This document shows, piece after piece, positions 1 to 12,950 of a stretch of 64,000 nt of DNA. A program made the position numbers and the translations under genes. The stretch is from Octopus vulgaris (Eukaryota). Every line of letters begins with the position of its first letter. Within the stretch, counting starts at the first letter, position 1. The DNA is taken from NCBI GenBank assembly GCA_951406725.2, contig OX597814.1:191394001-191458000 (forward strand), in the 5' to 3' direction. The notes under the pieces were generated by a model that was not told the origin of the DNA, did not search any database, and saw nothing but the letters and a program-made list of their open reading frames with translations.

Positions 1-571
1 CCCAGGGAAGTAAGGCGTTCAGAATATGGCAAATGCCTGATGGAGGGTATTCTCTTGGTTGCACGTCGCTGAACGGCTTCCAGACGATTAATATCCTGGG
101 CAAGATAGGGGTTCCAGACCGGTGATGCAAATTCCAGGTGAGGTAATCCCATAGCTATATAAAGCTGCAGATAGATAGCCGGAGGGCGGCTCACAAAGGA
201 CTTGGTGAGTGATGCCAAAACACCCTCAGCCTTCTTGGCAATTTTAGCAATGTGTCCAACGCAAATCGCTGTCGACAATAACACCCAGGTCACGTTCACA
301 AGAAGACTTTTTGAGATTAGTGTTGTGGAGGGAGTAAGGGTTTTCCTCCCAAAATGCATGGTGGTAGATTTGTCCACAGCCAGCTTGATCCACTGCTGCA
401 TTGTGTCTAGGTCTGCTTGCAATAGAGATCTATAGTGTACAGGATCTGACCTCTTTATTTCGAGGTACAGTTTGATGTCATCTGCATATTTCAGCACTGT
501 GGCATTCTTTAAGTTGGCATCTATGTCATTAACATATACAACAAATAAAAGGGGGCCAAGAACAGATCCCT
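1..571 (-). mobile_element. CR1-clade LINE reverse transcriptase fragment
   Basis: Minus strand reads GSVLGPLLFVVYVNDIDANLKNATVLKYADDIKLY (RT motifs with YADD); runs off the window start. Confidence 0.85.
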
Positions 572-1018
572 GTCTGTGGATCCTCTGTGAAACCGTATGG
601 CATATTACCAGCCAATGTACGCCACAAGCCCAGAAGGAATATAAGAGACGCCACGACAATATAGCCAGGCTTGTCCATTGGACACTTTGCATCAAGTATG
701 GACTTGACATAGCAAAAAATTGGTACGACTACAAACCTGAAGGCATCATCGAAAATAGAAATGCACTGAATCATAAAATCCTATGGGATTTTATGATTCA
801 ATGCGACCATGAGATAGAGAATAGAAGGCCAGACATAGTCTTAATTGAGAAAGAAAACAAACTATGCTGGATCATAGATATAGCATGCCCAGCTGACAAC
901 AGCGATAAGGAAGAAAGAAAAGTTGAGAGATATGACAGGTTAGCTTGGGAAGTTAAGTAGTTGTGGTCGAGGAAAAAGGTGGTAGTAGTACCAATAATTA
1001 TCGGAGCCCTGGAAACCG
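572..1018 (+). mobile_element. R4/Dong-clade LINE fragment (zinc knuckle plus restriction-like endonuclease)
   Basis: ORF 472..960 C-terminal part: ETVWHITSQC, RHDNIARLVHW, KILWDF, RRPDIVLIEK, IIDIACP, K..RY, the RLE signature. The ORF N-terminus is only antisense CR1 sequence. Confidence 0.85.
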
Positions 1019-1019
1019 T

Positions 1020-1180
1020 GAAACGTCGGACAAAATGCTTAGCGGCAATTCTTCTGGCTCTTTAAGTTCTGAGTTCAAATCCCGCCGATGTCAGCTTTGC
1101 CTTTCGTTCCTTCGGGGGTCGATGAAATAAAGTACCAGTCAACTACTGGCGTAGATGTTCACTCCCCTTAAAATTACTGA
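1020..1180 (+). mobile_element. Degenerate tRNA-headed SINE (family B-related)
   Basis: B-box GAGTTCAAATCCC followed by ctttgcctttc...ggggtcgat...aagtaccagt shared with other copies. Confidence 0.7.
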
Positions 1181-2659
1181 CGTCTCATTCAGAGGAAATG
1201 TGATCTTGGTCGCTTACATGCCATGAAGACCGGATGAATAGGATTCAATCTAGAGCTCAAGGAAGAAGAAGAAAAAAAAAGCACAGTAAGATATCTTGGA
1301 AGCTTGCAGATACGGAAAATATTAGATATATAAACGATTGGCGGCATTAAATTACAGAGCGGAGAAGAAGCATGACAAATGTTAAACAAACACATAAGAA
1401 TCAAGCATTTGTAGAATATTGTTCCTTACTGTTGACCTTAAAAAGAAGGTTGCATCTATATATGCAAGTAAAAGAAATTCCAGCTAAAGCTTGCTCTTCT
1501 TTTTATAGACAAGATACTATTTCACCTTCAGCATCAATGAATTCATTTATCAGTTTCAAGATAAACGCCTCGTTTTCGGTTGGTTATTTCTAATCACCTT
1601 CGCAATATAACGACTACTTCTATGATTCACAGACACCATCTGTGTGAAAAATAATAGTTAAATTAAGGTTAACTTAAACTATTACTTTTTATGGCTTGGT
1701 CTGATTAAATTATTACACGTTTATCAAAACTGTATCTAGCTTTTTTAAATAGTTAATTACGGGAACACATTTTTAAGCAACGATATCAGTAGGAGAAACT
1801 CCAACAATAAGTTCTTTAAGATAGGAAAAGAACTCTAACAAAAACCAGAGCCAGACAGACTTCTGTTCCATTCTCTCTCGAGAATAAGAGATAAGAGCTG
1901 GCGACATAACTGACCCTTCTGTTACATTCTGATGCTGTCTGCAGCGGCATTATCGCCATTATTTACACAGGGGCGGTGACAGGGTTTGGTGGTGGTGGTG
2001 GTGGTGGTGGTGTGTGTGGGGTGGGGTAGAGAAAAAAGAAAAAGGGAAAATGCTCAGAAATATATAGTGAATACAAAAGAGGTTTTCAGAGGAACGGTAA
2101 AAAAATGTGGTTATCAAAAATAATTCTGATTTGAGTTGGCCAGGTTGCGGGTGGGGATATTTATTTGAATCACCCACCCGCTTTGATTTAACTCGAGCCG
2201 TCTATTACCTTCTGACTAAGCACACAAACTGGCAGATACGCGCAGGCAAGAAACATGTTTTTAGATGCAACAATTTGTTCTATGGCTTGTTTTGAAGATC
2301 TGAATAATTGGTTATCTGTCGGATAAGAGAGGTCTGGGTAAAATATTTCTACTTGGTCAGCCAGTTATTTTGATAAAGAACGAACGAGTTAGGTTGCTTA
2401 TTACCTGAAAATTAAACATAGTAATGTCAAAAACTGACAAAAAAAATGACTGACAAAAATTATGGAGATTAGCAGTAATGAGATTGACAAAAGAGCGATT
2501 AGCTGTAATTAAAATTATAACAGTAATGATGCAAACCAATAAAATATTAACTATGACCAAACTGGTTAAATAATGCTCAAATGTAACCAAAATTATTGAG
2601 AGCAATGTCCGCAGGTTGACAAAGGAATCTATCGTGTCTTTGTTGGAAAATGGATGCTT

Positions 2660-3085
2660 CTCCTTGTTAATCTTTGAACTCCATGTGGAACATAGGACGC
2701 CAACAAGAGATCTCCATCCATATCAATCTTTGGCAATGGGTTGCAGTTGTCCCCAAGTATGACCACCAAGGAGTACTTAAATTTCTGCGGCCTTCGTATT
2801 GCTTTTAGTCTGTCACGCTTGCGTCTTCCATGATATGCCCTCGGAGGGCTTGCTTTCTGGTGTTGGAAGCCGGATTTCGTAGAGTGTGTCCCTGCCAACT
2901 TCATTTTCTCACCTTGATCTGGGTTTCCATAGGTTGCTGGTTCCTCTGTTTCTATAAGGTTTTGTTTGTGAGTTTGTTTTGCCATCTCATCTGAAGAATG
3001 TTCCGGACACATCCGTTTACAAATATGAAGAATTTGTCGCTGGAAAACTTTGTGACTCGCCATGTTTTACACGGGTACAGCTAAA
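2660..3085 (-). mobile_element. RTE-like LINE 3' fragment
   Basis: Frameshifted minus-strand coding ending in a WRSLVGVLCS-like peptide typical of RTE C-termini. Confidence 0.5.
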
Positions 3086-3112
3086 TGTGCAAAATGAGCT
3101 GCAAGGATGCAA

Positions 3113-3187
3113 ACTATCTTTAAGATAGCATGTTTCACACACTATCTTTAAGATAGCATGTTTCATATACTATTTTAAGATAGTATG
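3113..3187. repeat. Short tandem repeat, ~28-bp unit x2.7
   Basis: actatctttaagatagcatgtttcacac repeated; each unit contains the near-palindrome ctatctttaagatag. Confidence 0.8.
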
Positions 3188-3766
3188 CGTGTTAGCATTA
3201 GATTATAATTGATTATTGTGTAAAAGCAAGATTTTATATATTTAAAGCGAACAATAAAGTAGGAGTCTTTCATTCTCCCCTTCCTTGAGCTCTATACTTC
3301 TGATGGAGTCGTGGAGGCGACGTCATGACATATAGCGTATCCTCTGCACTTTAAAACTTGGCGCCCTTCGCCTCAGCAAGATAATACAAACAACTTGTAT
3401 TTATTGAAACAAAGACTATTTTCGCAGTCACATAATCTGACAGCATCTGAAATATCAGCAAGATGTTAAAAGCAGAACCGAGTATATTTACGTTGTGTGA
3501 ATCTGTGAGATAGTGCTCCGCCCTTCTCGACTTCAGGTAATTATGTTTTAACACTGATATAGCGAAACCTGAGGAAACATGTTTATTGTAAGCGAAAGTG
3601 CTTAGGCGATTGCACAAGATTATTTTGTCGGTGAAGAAAGCAGATTATATAGAAGTAGCCGATTTCGTTTAATTGCATAATTTCATAATTCGGATAATTG
3701 CAAAGCCTTTTTAAAACACCCACCCGTTTAATCGACAAGGTAATGTATATGCAAATAAAATCAAAG

Positions 3767-3767
<1 letters not shown>

Positions 3768-3807
<40 letters not shown>

Positions 3808-4225
3808 ATTTGGCTCAAAAGCAAATAGCAAGGCCATGTAGGGGGACATGGAGTTAAGTACAGGGTGGTGTTCATGTAAAGAGTTCAGGCCACTTGAGGT
3901 GAAGGGAGGCTTTGAACAAAGCGGTCGTCGGCATCTTCACCATCTCGTCTGGCAGCTTGTTCCACGGATCCGCAACCCGGACGGAGAAAGCTCCTCTCCT
4001 TCGATTGAGATGAAATCGTCGCAGGTAGAGCTTTTCGGAATGACCCCGCAGCCGACGCTCTGGAGCAGGAGTGAAGAACAGCTCTTTCGAGAGGTTACAC
4101 TTTCCGCTTATGATGTTGTGGGCGAGAATGAGATCACTACGGCGGCGGCGTTTTTCAAGAGAATAAAGGTCGAGCGTCCTCAGCTTTTCTTCATAAGACA
4201 AATTTTTGAGACCATGAACCATGAA
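3768..4225 (-). mobile_element. 5'-truncated CR1 LINE 3' end with (CTAA)n tail
   Basis: ORF 3872..4222 LSYEEKLRTLDLYSLEKRRRRSDLI...FSVRVADPWNKLP is the CR1 ORF2 C-terminus; (GTTA)n on + at 3768-3806 is its tail. Confidence 0.9.
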
Positions 4226-4269
4226 TTGTCTAAATATTGCGTAAAATAGTACATTTATTTTAGTGTGAA

Positions 4270-4590
4270 GGCGCGTGGCTTAGTGGTTAGGGCATTCGAC
4301 CGACGATTGTAAGGTCGTGAGTTCGATTCCCGGCGATGCGTTGTGTCCTTGAGCAAGACACTTTATTTCACGTTGCTCCATTCCACTCAGCTGGCAAAAA
4401 TGAGTTGTACCTGTATTTCAAAGGGCCGGCCTTGTCACACTCAGTGTCACGCTGAATCTCCCTGAGAACTACGTTAGGGGTACACATGTCTGTGGATTGC
4501 TAAGTCACTTGCACGTTAATTCCACGAGCAAGCTGTTCCGTTGATCGTATCAGCTGGGACCCTCGTCGTCGTAACCGACGGAGTGCTCCT
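4270..4590 (+). mobile_element. tRNA-headed SINE family C
   Basis: A-box TGGCTTAGTGG, B-box GAGTTCGATTCCC, CORE-like gtgtccttgagcaagacactt; body shared with 5283-5580 and 44923-45306. Confidence 0.85.
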
Positions 4591-5282
4591 ATATATATAT
4601 ATTTATTTTGTTTTATTTGGATAAAGTGATTCTGAATGTTTCTATTTTCGTGAGTCAAAAGAAAAGTAATCAGTGTTTGGTATCTCAGAGGATCTTGGCC
4701 CTTTTCCTCCCCCACCCTCCAGGCCCAGCAAGTAAAAAGAAAAGAAATACAATGTCAAATGAATAAAAGTCCTGTGTATGCAAGAGAAAAGTGTTAAATT
4801 AGAATAACCGCATATGTGTCCACTTAATGTATATACACCGTTGATAGGCAAGATATCGCAGTCTTCGTCCGAGATAAAAAAAAAGAAAAAAAAAAGAAAT
4901 CTTTTATAGACATGGAGTGTTAAAAACGAATATATCGGATTGGGATTTTTTAGAAATCATCCCAAGCAGTGGCTAGGGAGAACGCTAGATGCATTTCGGT
5001 TTCTTGGGTCTTGTCGATGTACATTGGAGGCGGCAAATTTCATTTAGGTATGTGGCTAAAAGTATACGTCATTGATAAGGCCCAATAAGGCCAAAATGCA
5101 ACTAACATTTTCACTAGCAACCGCCGGGACGATTTTTTTTTCATCTCCCTCCGATATATTTTGCTGTTTTTTTGTGGGGTTGGGGGTCAATGCAGCGTGT
5201 CAATAAAAAATTTCGTATCTTGGATGAAAACCGCAGGAGCTTGCCTGTCAGTAGTGTATATTTGTTACGTATGATACAGAGA

Positions 5283-5580
5283 TGGCTTGGTGGTTAGTGT
5301 ATTCAGCTCACGACCGTAAGGTTGTAAGTTCGATTCCCGTTGGCGCGTTCTGTCCCTGAGCAAGACGCTTTATTTCGCGTTGCGCCAATCCACACGACTG
5401 GTAAAAATGAACTGTGCCCTGTAATTCAAAGAGCCAACTTTGTCACATTCTGTGTCGTGCTGAATCTCCCCATTAAGGGTACGCGGGTTTGTGGATTAAC
5501 TTGCATGTTAATCTCACGAGTAGTCTTTTCCGTTAATCGGATCAACTGGAGCACTCGTAATCGTAATCAACAGATCGCCA
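5283..5580 (+). mobile_element. tRNA-headed SINE family C, older copy
   Basis: Colinear with 4270-4590 at reduced identity. Confidence 0.8.
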
Positions 5581-5955
5581 GTTTTACATATGTGGTTATA
5601 TTGAAGTTATTCTTACTATTTCAATGACTTAACGACTGTCGAAGTTTAAAGTTCCAGCGTATTTAAATTATCTAACGTTCATTGTCGATAAATACCACAC
5701 AATAAATGAACCCAATCTTTAATGCCACTTGGCCTATGGTTACTCCAATTGATTTCTTTTTCTAAATTATCCAATTAACGACCATTGTTCATTTTTTGGA
5801 CCACCAGAAAAATTATCAATATTTCTCCAACAATTATATTTTACCGAGACACATTTAATTAGCGATAAAGATTGAAGTGTCTTAAATATTTTACTGATTA
5901 TTAGCAACATTGTAGTTTCGAGTTTCTTTAGACTTGGAGTGGAACAACCAGGATG

Positions 5956-6057
<102 letters not shown>

Positions 6058-6200
6058 CTAAATGGGAGACAGAGGTGGGAGGGGAGAGAGCTGCACCAGC
6101 ACAAGGCTGGCACTTAATTTGTCAAAAGGCCTCGCATTTTGAGGAAACATATAATCGTTTAAAATTCCCTGGCGTGGATAACCAAGTCACCCAGTTAATG

Positions 6201-6591
6201 TCTATATATATAAAGCTGAAGTTGTCTGTGTATGGCATGTTTGGTAGCCTTCAACTAACACTATCTCCTCTGAGACCCTGCGGCGCAAGTTGACCAAAAT
6301 TGAGAGTATGATAGAAGAAGGCTTGCTCTTCCTTCCGTAGAAGAAAAAATTCAAATCGGACCATTTTAACACCAAAAATTATTTACATCAAAAAGGTGCT
6401 TTTTTTTCTATGAAAATCCCTATTCTTTACGATTTTTTTACTGCTGTGTCGCCATTTTTCGGTGTATTTCAATCAGAAAAATGTTCACTTAAAGAGAATA
6501 ACAAACTACATAATGCAAAATTTTTACTTTTAAAAAACTGCAGTTCTAAAGGGTCCAAACAAAACCGAGCAAGGCCGGGTGATACTGCTAG
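6201..6591 (+). mobile_element. Non-autonomous Helitron-like element
   Basis: Starts TCTATATATATAAA; ends with GC-rich hairpin ccgagcaaggccggg shortly before CTAG followed by T; no TSD. Confidence 0.7.
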
Positions 6592-7054
6592 TATACATAA
6601 AAATATATTACAATATCTTCAAACAGGGCTGGAGTTACAAATTAATCAAACAAGGCAATCACTAAAGGCTCTGAAATCAGGGGCCTCCAGAAAAAATACA
6701 AATATTCAACAATTCTTTTCTTTTCTTTTTCTTCTTTTACTTGTTTCTTTCACTCGATTGCAGCCATACAGGAGAGCCACCTTGATGGGTTTAGTCAAAC
6801 AAATCGACCACAGAATTTATCTTAAGTATGGTACTTATTCTATCGGTCTCTCAAGCCGAGCCGCCAAGACGCAGAGACGTAAACAAACACTAGTCAACCT
6901 CGGCAGAATTTGAACTCAGAACATAAAGACAGTTATATATTATTACTGTTATATATTACTACTCCTGGCTGTCTTCAGCAAACTGTCATAACTGAGAGAA
7001 GAGGGTTCTCATTGTTGGGCCGTCCTAGAGTTCTGAATACTGTGGTATTGTTGC

Positions 7055-7198
7055 CGAGGTCGACTTTGCCTTTCATCCTTTCGGGGTTGATAAATTAAGT
7101 ACCAGTTACGCACTGGGGTCGATGTAATCGACTTAATACCTATGTCTGTCCTTGTTTGTCCCCTCTGTGTTTATACCCTTGTGGGTAATAAAGAAATA
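7055..7198 (+). mobile_element. 5'-truncated SINE family B with 11-bp TSD
   Basis: TSD ggtattgttgc at 7044-7054 and 7199-7209. Confidence 0.85.
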
Positions 7199-7301
7199 GG
7201 TATTGTTGCTGTCAAGTATCACAAAACTCAATGAATGCGGAAGGCTGCTCCCGTTGATGTATGTATTAGACAACTCACTGTCTCTCTCTTTCTATCTCTC
7301 T

Positions 7302-7305
<4 letters not shown>

Positions 7306-7370
<65 letters not shown>
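7306..7370. repeat. (TA)n microsatellite
   Basis: Perfect run. Confidence 0.98.
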
Positions 7371-7374
<4 letters not shown>

Positions 7375-7494
7375 AGCTATGATGGCCCTACAGGTAAACA
7401 GTATGGCTGACACCCTGTCTAACTGGGGTTGCCAATAATACATATATTTATAGCTAATATCAAAGATCTAGATGTTAAGGTCATAGCACTGACA

Positions 7495-7640
7495 GAGGAA
7501 GAGGAGGAAGAGGAGGAGGGAGCGGAGGCAGAAGATGAGGTAATAGTAGTGTTGTTGTTGGTGATGGTGGTGGTGATGTTATTGTTGTTGCTGTTGTTGT
7601 TGTTGGTGGTGGTGGTGGTAGTAGTAATGGTGATGGAGGT
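7495..7640. repeat. Compound trinucleotide repeat (GAG/GTA/GTT/GTG)
   Basis: Low-complexity triplet runs that produce spurious homopolymer ORFs. Confidence 0.9.
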
Positions 7641-8153
7641 TGCAGCTGAAATGGCGATGTTAGGAAGCGTTGTTAGTGTTGGTAAATAAAGAGTACATAG
7701 CCGATGTCTCTGCGAATACAAATATCTGTGCGCACGCGCATGTGTGCGTGTGTGTATATCTTCACACACACACACACACACACATAAACATATGTCTATA
7801 TATATATGTTATATATGTATATTCTGAAATCAGAAAGATAGAACAATGTCTTTCGAAAGACAACGTGAGCCAGGGTGAAAATCCATACCCACCCACTGAG
7901 CAATAAAGGTATCGTTTTACATTATTTTTAGAACAAAATAAAAAGATTACGTATAAATGGCTGTCAAGGAGAATATTTTCGTGTCAGCTAACGGTATGCG
8001 CGGCAATCAGTTGTCTATCCTTCGATAAATATCAAAAATACACACACACACGCTGGCTTTAATCTCTATCTGAATCTCAAGAAGCTTTCTTGTGCGGTGT
8101 GCGCATGTGCCTGTGTATATGTGTACGTGCTTATGCACACAAACGCGCGTTAA

Positions 8154-8786
8154 GGCGGCGAGCTGGCAGAATCGTTAGCACGCCGGGCGAAATGCGTAGC
8201 CGTATTTTGTCTGCCGTTACGTTCTGAGTTCAAATTCCGCCGAGGTCGACTTTGCCTTTCATCCTTTAGGGGTCGATAAATTAAGTACCGGTTACGCACT
8301 GGGGTCGATGTAATCGACTTAATCCGTTTGTCTGTCCTTGTTTGTCCCCTCTGTGTTTAGCCCCTTGTGGGTAGTAAAGAAATAGGTATTTCGTTTGCCG
8401 TTACGTTCTGAGTTCAAATTCCGCCCGGGTTGACTTTGCCTTTCATCCTTGCGGGGTCGATTAAATACGTACCAGTTACGCACTGGAGTCGATGTAATCG
8501 ACTTAATCCGTTTGTCTGTCTTTGTTTGTCCCCTCTATGTTTAGCCCCTTGTGGACAATAAAGAAATATGAATCGTTAGCGTGTCAGAATAAATACTTGT
8601 TAGCATTTCGTACCGCTACTTATGTTCTGAGTTCAAATCTCGCCGAAGGCAACCTTGCTGGGTTTTTTTTTCATCTTTTCTTTTCGGGATCCATAAAATA
8701 AGATGCCAGTCAAATATTGAAGTCGATGTAATCGACTTATCGCGTTCCCTTAAATTCCTAGCCTTGTACCAAAATTAGAAAGAATA
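8154..8786 (+). mobile_element. Nested/tandem cluster of three family-B tRNA SINE units
   Basis: Full copy 8154-8384 (A-box TGGCAGAATCG, B-box GAGTTCAAATTCC), headless copy 8385-8568, older copy with different tail 8570-8786. Confidence 0.9.
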
Positions 8787-9020
8787 TGTGTGTGGGGGTG
8801 TTTTGGTGTCAGGATATGTGTGCGAATGTATTTATGTGTATACTGCGAGCTTTCGAACTTTGTACATACAATATCGATGGGAGGGTGTCACCATTGTTCC
8901 AGAATGAGGTGGTCTTCATTGCCGCAATGATCTTTGGCATAAGATTATTATGAGTAAAGTTGATTGTGTGTGTTGTAAATAGGAAAAAAACATGCGATAT
9001 TTTATAATATATATTTACAG

Positions 9021-9380
9021 GTGCAGGAGTGGCTGTGTGGTAAGTAGCTTGCTTACCAACCATATGGCTCCGGGTTCAGTCCCACTGCGTGGCTCCTTCG
9101 GCAAGTGTCTTCTACTATAGCCTCGAGTCGACCAAAGCCTTGTGAGTGGATTTGGTAGGCGGAAACTGAAAGAAGCCCGTCGTATATATGCATATATATG
9201 TGCGTGTGTGTGTTTGTGTGTCTGTGTTTGTTTCTGTAACTTAGTGGTTCGGCAAAAGAGACCGATAGAATAAGTACTAGGCTTACAAAGAATAAGTCCT
9301 AGGGTCGATTTGCTCGACTAAAGGCGGTGCTCCAGCATGGCCGCAGTCACATGACTGAAACAAGTAAAAGAGTAAAAGAA
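9021..9380 (+). mobile_element. tRNA-headed SINE family A with internal TA/TG microsatellite
   Basis: A-box TGGCTGTGTGG, B-box GGTTCAGTCCC, tail ccagcatggccgcagtc...(agtaaaag)n; many copies in the window. Confidence 0.9.
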
Positions 9381-9931
9381 TATCTCTTTAACGAAAGACC
9401 GAAAATATATCGGGACATGGATTTTCTGAGAGAGACTTAAGATAAAGAGATCGTCTTTTATAGTATCTAAATTCAACAATCATTAATGTCTTAATCGAGT
9501 TGGTCTTGAATGAAATTTAAATGTGAGCTTATCCAACTCTACTCACATTTCTGCTTTGTTTGTGGCGAGAGGTGAGGAGCGTGTTCCGTGGCTGCTCTCA
9601 ACTTCTGCCAAGATTATTTTAGCGATAAACTGCTTATAACTTGAGCAAATGGCATGAATTTCAAGGACAATTGTGTTGATGATCTGAGTTTGTGGTGTGG
9701 TCTTCTGCAAGCCGATCGGTCGGTAAATAGAATGTACACGTCAAAATTGCCTGCTTCAGTTGCAATTCGCTCATGGCACTAGCTTGATAACTAAGAGAAT
9801 GGGGTCTGAATCCTAGGTCTCGCTACGTAGTGGACAATGGAAAACAGACTGCACGGATTGGAAATGAAGAGAAGGCACTCACTGTCTATGTTTACTTATG
9901 AGCAATATGTAGAGCTATGAGTGTGTACGTA

Positions 9932-9976
<45 letters not shown>

Positions 9977-9989
9977 TGTATTTGTGTAT

Positions 9990-10147
9990 CAGGAGCGGAC
10001 TGAGCCGTTGGTCAATCGAGCACTGCCCGAGGGCCCGGAGCTCTGAGGGGCCCGCCCTCTACATGTTAACTCTACTAAAACACACATTAAAAGGGGCCCG
10101 GTAAACAGTTATGCCCGTGGGCTCTCAATACTTTCAGTCTGCCCCTG
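9990..10147. mobile_element. hAT-like MITE
   Basis: TIRs caggagcggactga / tcagtctgcccctg; 8-bp TSD ttgtgtat / gtgtgtat. Confidence 0.75.
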
Positions 10148-10224
10148 GTGTGTATATTAACTTATGTGCAGTATGCATAGCAATGTGTGTGTGTGTATGA
10201 TTGCGCCAGAAAATGTTACGGCAG

Positions 10225-10437
10225 AAATTGTATTCACCTCAGTAGACGTCATTGATTGGTTGAGATTGCCGAAATGCAAGAAATTAAACAACAAATAGCT
10301 TACAAACTACAGAATTTTCTCATGAAAGCCAAGAGAAAAAGATGTTTTATGTAACACACTACCAGTATACGAAGTTTAAAAGTGTTTAGTTACAAAGAAA
10401 ATATTTTAAAAATCTGCCGGTCAAAGTGAAAAGATCC
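10225..10437. mobile_element. Half copy of the GGATCTTTTC-TIR MITE family
   Basis: Matches the right part of 39951-40330 and ends gtgaaaagatcc. Confidence 0.75.
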
Positions 10438-10984
10438 GAGTTAACATGTACAGTGCGGCTCCCTCATTCAATGTGCCATTCCTTCCTTTTAAAGGCGGCT
10501 GGCTGTTACTTGAAGGAGAAGCTACGATTTCTAATAGGTTGTGCAACCACATAGAAGCTCAGTGATGTTACTGGTGAATTGACTGGTGGTGGTGTGGTGG
10601 TGATGATGCTGAAGATAAAGATGATGATGATAAAACAGCGCTGTTTGCCAACCTAAGCTAACTACCAAAGTACTTTTCAGTTGCTGCATTTTTGAAAGTA
10701 CATCGCCTCTAGTTTGGAATATAATATTCTGGAGCAGGCGATGTGGTGCTATTATAATTTACTTTCGAGGTTTAAGATTTCCATATGCTTACTGGATTCC
10801 ATTTTTGGGAATCGTAATTTGTTATCTGACCTGGCACTTCAACAAACAAGCTAAAATATTTGAATGCTGCAGCAATGTGGTTCCTCAGACGAGCATTAAT
10901 AATACTTTACATAAGTAGAGTAACAAACGTTGAAGTTTTTATAGATAGGTCCTCCCTCCGTCAATGTTGATCATGATACCTGTG

Positions 10985-11253
10985 GAGGCATATGGCCTAG
11001 TGGCTACAGCAGCGGACTCGCGGTCAAGGGATCGCGGGTTCGAATCTCAGACCGAGCGATGTGTGTGTTTATGAGCGAAACACCTAAGCTTCACGCGGCT
11101 CCGGCAGAAGGTAATGGCGAACTCTTTGGGCACAACTTTCTCTCACTCTTTCCTCCTGCCTCTTACAGCTCACCTGCGACGGACCGGCGTCCCGTCCAGG
11201 TGGGGAACTTATACGCCAAGGAAACCGGGAAACATGGCTCGAGTAGGAACAAA
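10985..11253 (+). mobile_element. tRNA-headed SINE family D with 13-bp TSD
   Basis: A-box TGGCCTAGTGG, B-box GGTTCGAATCTC; TSD catgatacctgtg at 10972-10984 and 11254-11266. Confidence 0.9.
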
Positions 11254-11650
11254 CATGATACCTGTGTCATTACAGTGTTGCTATCAGAACTCAAAAAGCC
11301 AGAATAAATCTCGTCTGACAAAAGACAAAGTTGACTTCGGTGGGTTTTGAACTCAACGTGAAGCAAGTCGGAACAAATGTCGCAAAGCATTCTTATCCGT
11401 CACTTTAACGACTCTTCTAATTCGCCGCCTTTAAAGTCCTTAGACAAGTAGAAACCACCAGTAAACTTCTAATCAACAAAAGGAGAAAATAACAACTTCA
11501 AGTGCATTGAATATCATATGAAAAAAAACGAAGGTTCGAATTCATAATGACAATTGGAAACTCAAAAGAAGAAAGAACGAGCCAGAGAAGACAAAGACTG
11601 ATGACACTTGATGCAGTGACGTAACTAGGGATGTGTTATACCCTTTACAC

Positions 11651-11848
11651 CAGTGGTTCCCAAACTTTTTAGAGTCGCGACCCACTATTTATCACACCAG
11701 TTTATGACGACCCACTTAACTCTACTGAACTATCTCGATAGAAAGCAGTTAATCAAAGCTAATGCGTAATTTTATAACTTTTTGCGACCCACTAAGATTC
11801 CGTTCACGACCCATCTGTGGGTCACGACTCATAGTTTGGGAATCACTG
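11651..11848. mobile_element. hAT/Charlie-like MITE
   Basis: TIRs cagtggttcccaaact / agtttgggaatcactg; 8-bp TSD ctttacac / ctttacaa. Confidence 0.85.
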
Positions 11849-12828
11849 CTTTACAAGCTTATACAGAAAACCCTAAAGTTTCGCGCTCATAAAAGTGCCG
11901 CCCGGGGCGGATTCCCCATTCCCCATCGCTCTACTATCAACGGTACTGACTTGATAGTTTTACAGCGGACTACTGAAGGACCGACACAATAAAAAACTAA
12001 GTTCTGTGTGAGACAGGAGGGGTTCGAGGTCGATCATAACCAACGTTTGTAGTCAAAGCACATGACGAAAAAGAAACATGACCATTGATAAATAATAATT
12101 TATGTTCGAAAAAGATTCTGTGTATACTGCTAATTAACGGAATAGTTATTGCTAATTAGCTATGAGTAAAGAATGATCAAGCAGATTTATAATCAAAGGA
12201 TTTCCGGCTATGACATTCCAGCCTTTCATTCAAACAGAGTAGTTAAAACTTCTTTATCCAATATATCCCACAATTTTTAAAATTAGGAGAATGTGATCTG
12301 AAGAAGATTTGGCTGTTGTTTCTAGAAAATTGAGCAACCACGTAGAGACCTTTTCGTTGTCATAAGCTTAAAAGAGAATGCTGGCTTTTTGTGTGTATAT
12401 CAATTAACGATTTTTAAAATAGGTACAAAATCAAGCATTTTGGATTTATAGTTAGTAATATTAACTCCAGTACTTGACTGGTATTTATTTTATTGGTTTA
12501 AAGTGCAATTAAAAAATGCCAAGTATTTTGCTGGATGTTAGTCAACTCTGCAAATCTGCGGCCCTTGTAGTTTTACTATAGTAAAGAATGCTGCTTATTA
12601 ATATAATTGGGAGTATGCAACGTTTACAAAAAGAAAGCGATTAGTAAAGTCTACGCTATCTAGAAAATTCTTCAAAATTCTAAATTTAGTATATTTTTTT
12701 CAAAATGTTGTTTTCAAGTTTCCTTTATTATTGAAGATTTCAACTACAGAAAACTAATTTTAATTCACGACAAGATAGCATTTTTTTAACACTACACAAT
12801 AGCGTTCCCCCTTTGTCTTCTCTCTCAA

Positions 12829-12950
12829 TCTGTCTGTCTGTCTGTCTGTCTCTTTGCATCTCTGTCTGTCTGTCTCTCTGCCTGTCTGTCTGTCTCTCCG
12901 TCTTTGTCTGTCTCTGTCTGTCTGCCTGTCTGCCTGTCTCTCTCTCTCTC
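12829..12950. repeat. (TCTG)n/(TC)n compound microsatellite
   Basis: Direct inspection. Confidence 0.95.

Noticed and set aside
472-960. Single 162-aa gene
   Set aside because: Chimera of antisense CR1 sequence and a Dong/R4 fragment.
1005-1032. GAAACGTCGG hammerhead-like 3' half
   Set aside because: No upstream CUGANGA-type core or stem II; it is a LINE/SINE junction.
4270-4335. tRNA genes suggested by A/B boxes (also 8154, 9021, 10985, 26846)
   Set aside because: Each continues into a repeated SINE body with tail and often a TSD; no complete cloverleaf.
5070-5100. CArG-like muscle enhancer (cccaataagg)
   Set aside because: Not a canonical CC(A/T)6GG, and short motifs are expected by chance.
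7419-7781. Poly-T/N/S and poly-E/L/V ORFs
   Set aside because: Trinucleotide microsatellite artefacts.
7846-7878. MSFERQ resembling the Mp20 start MSLER
   Set aside because: Followed by an in-frame stop; the nearby GT donor is in the wrong phase for the 13459 exon.
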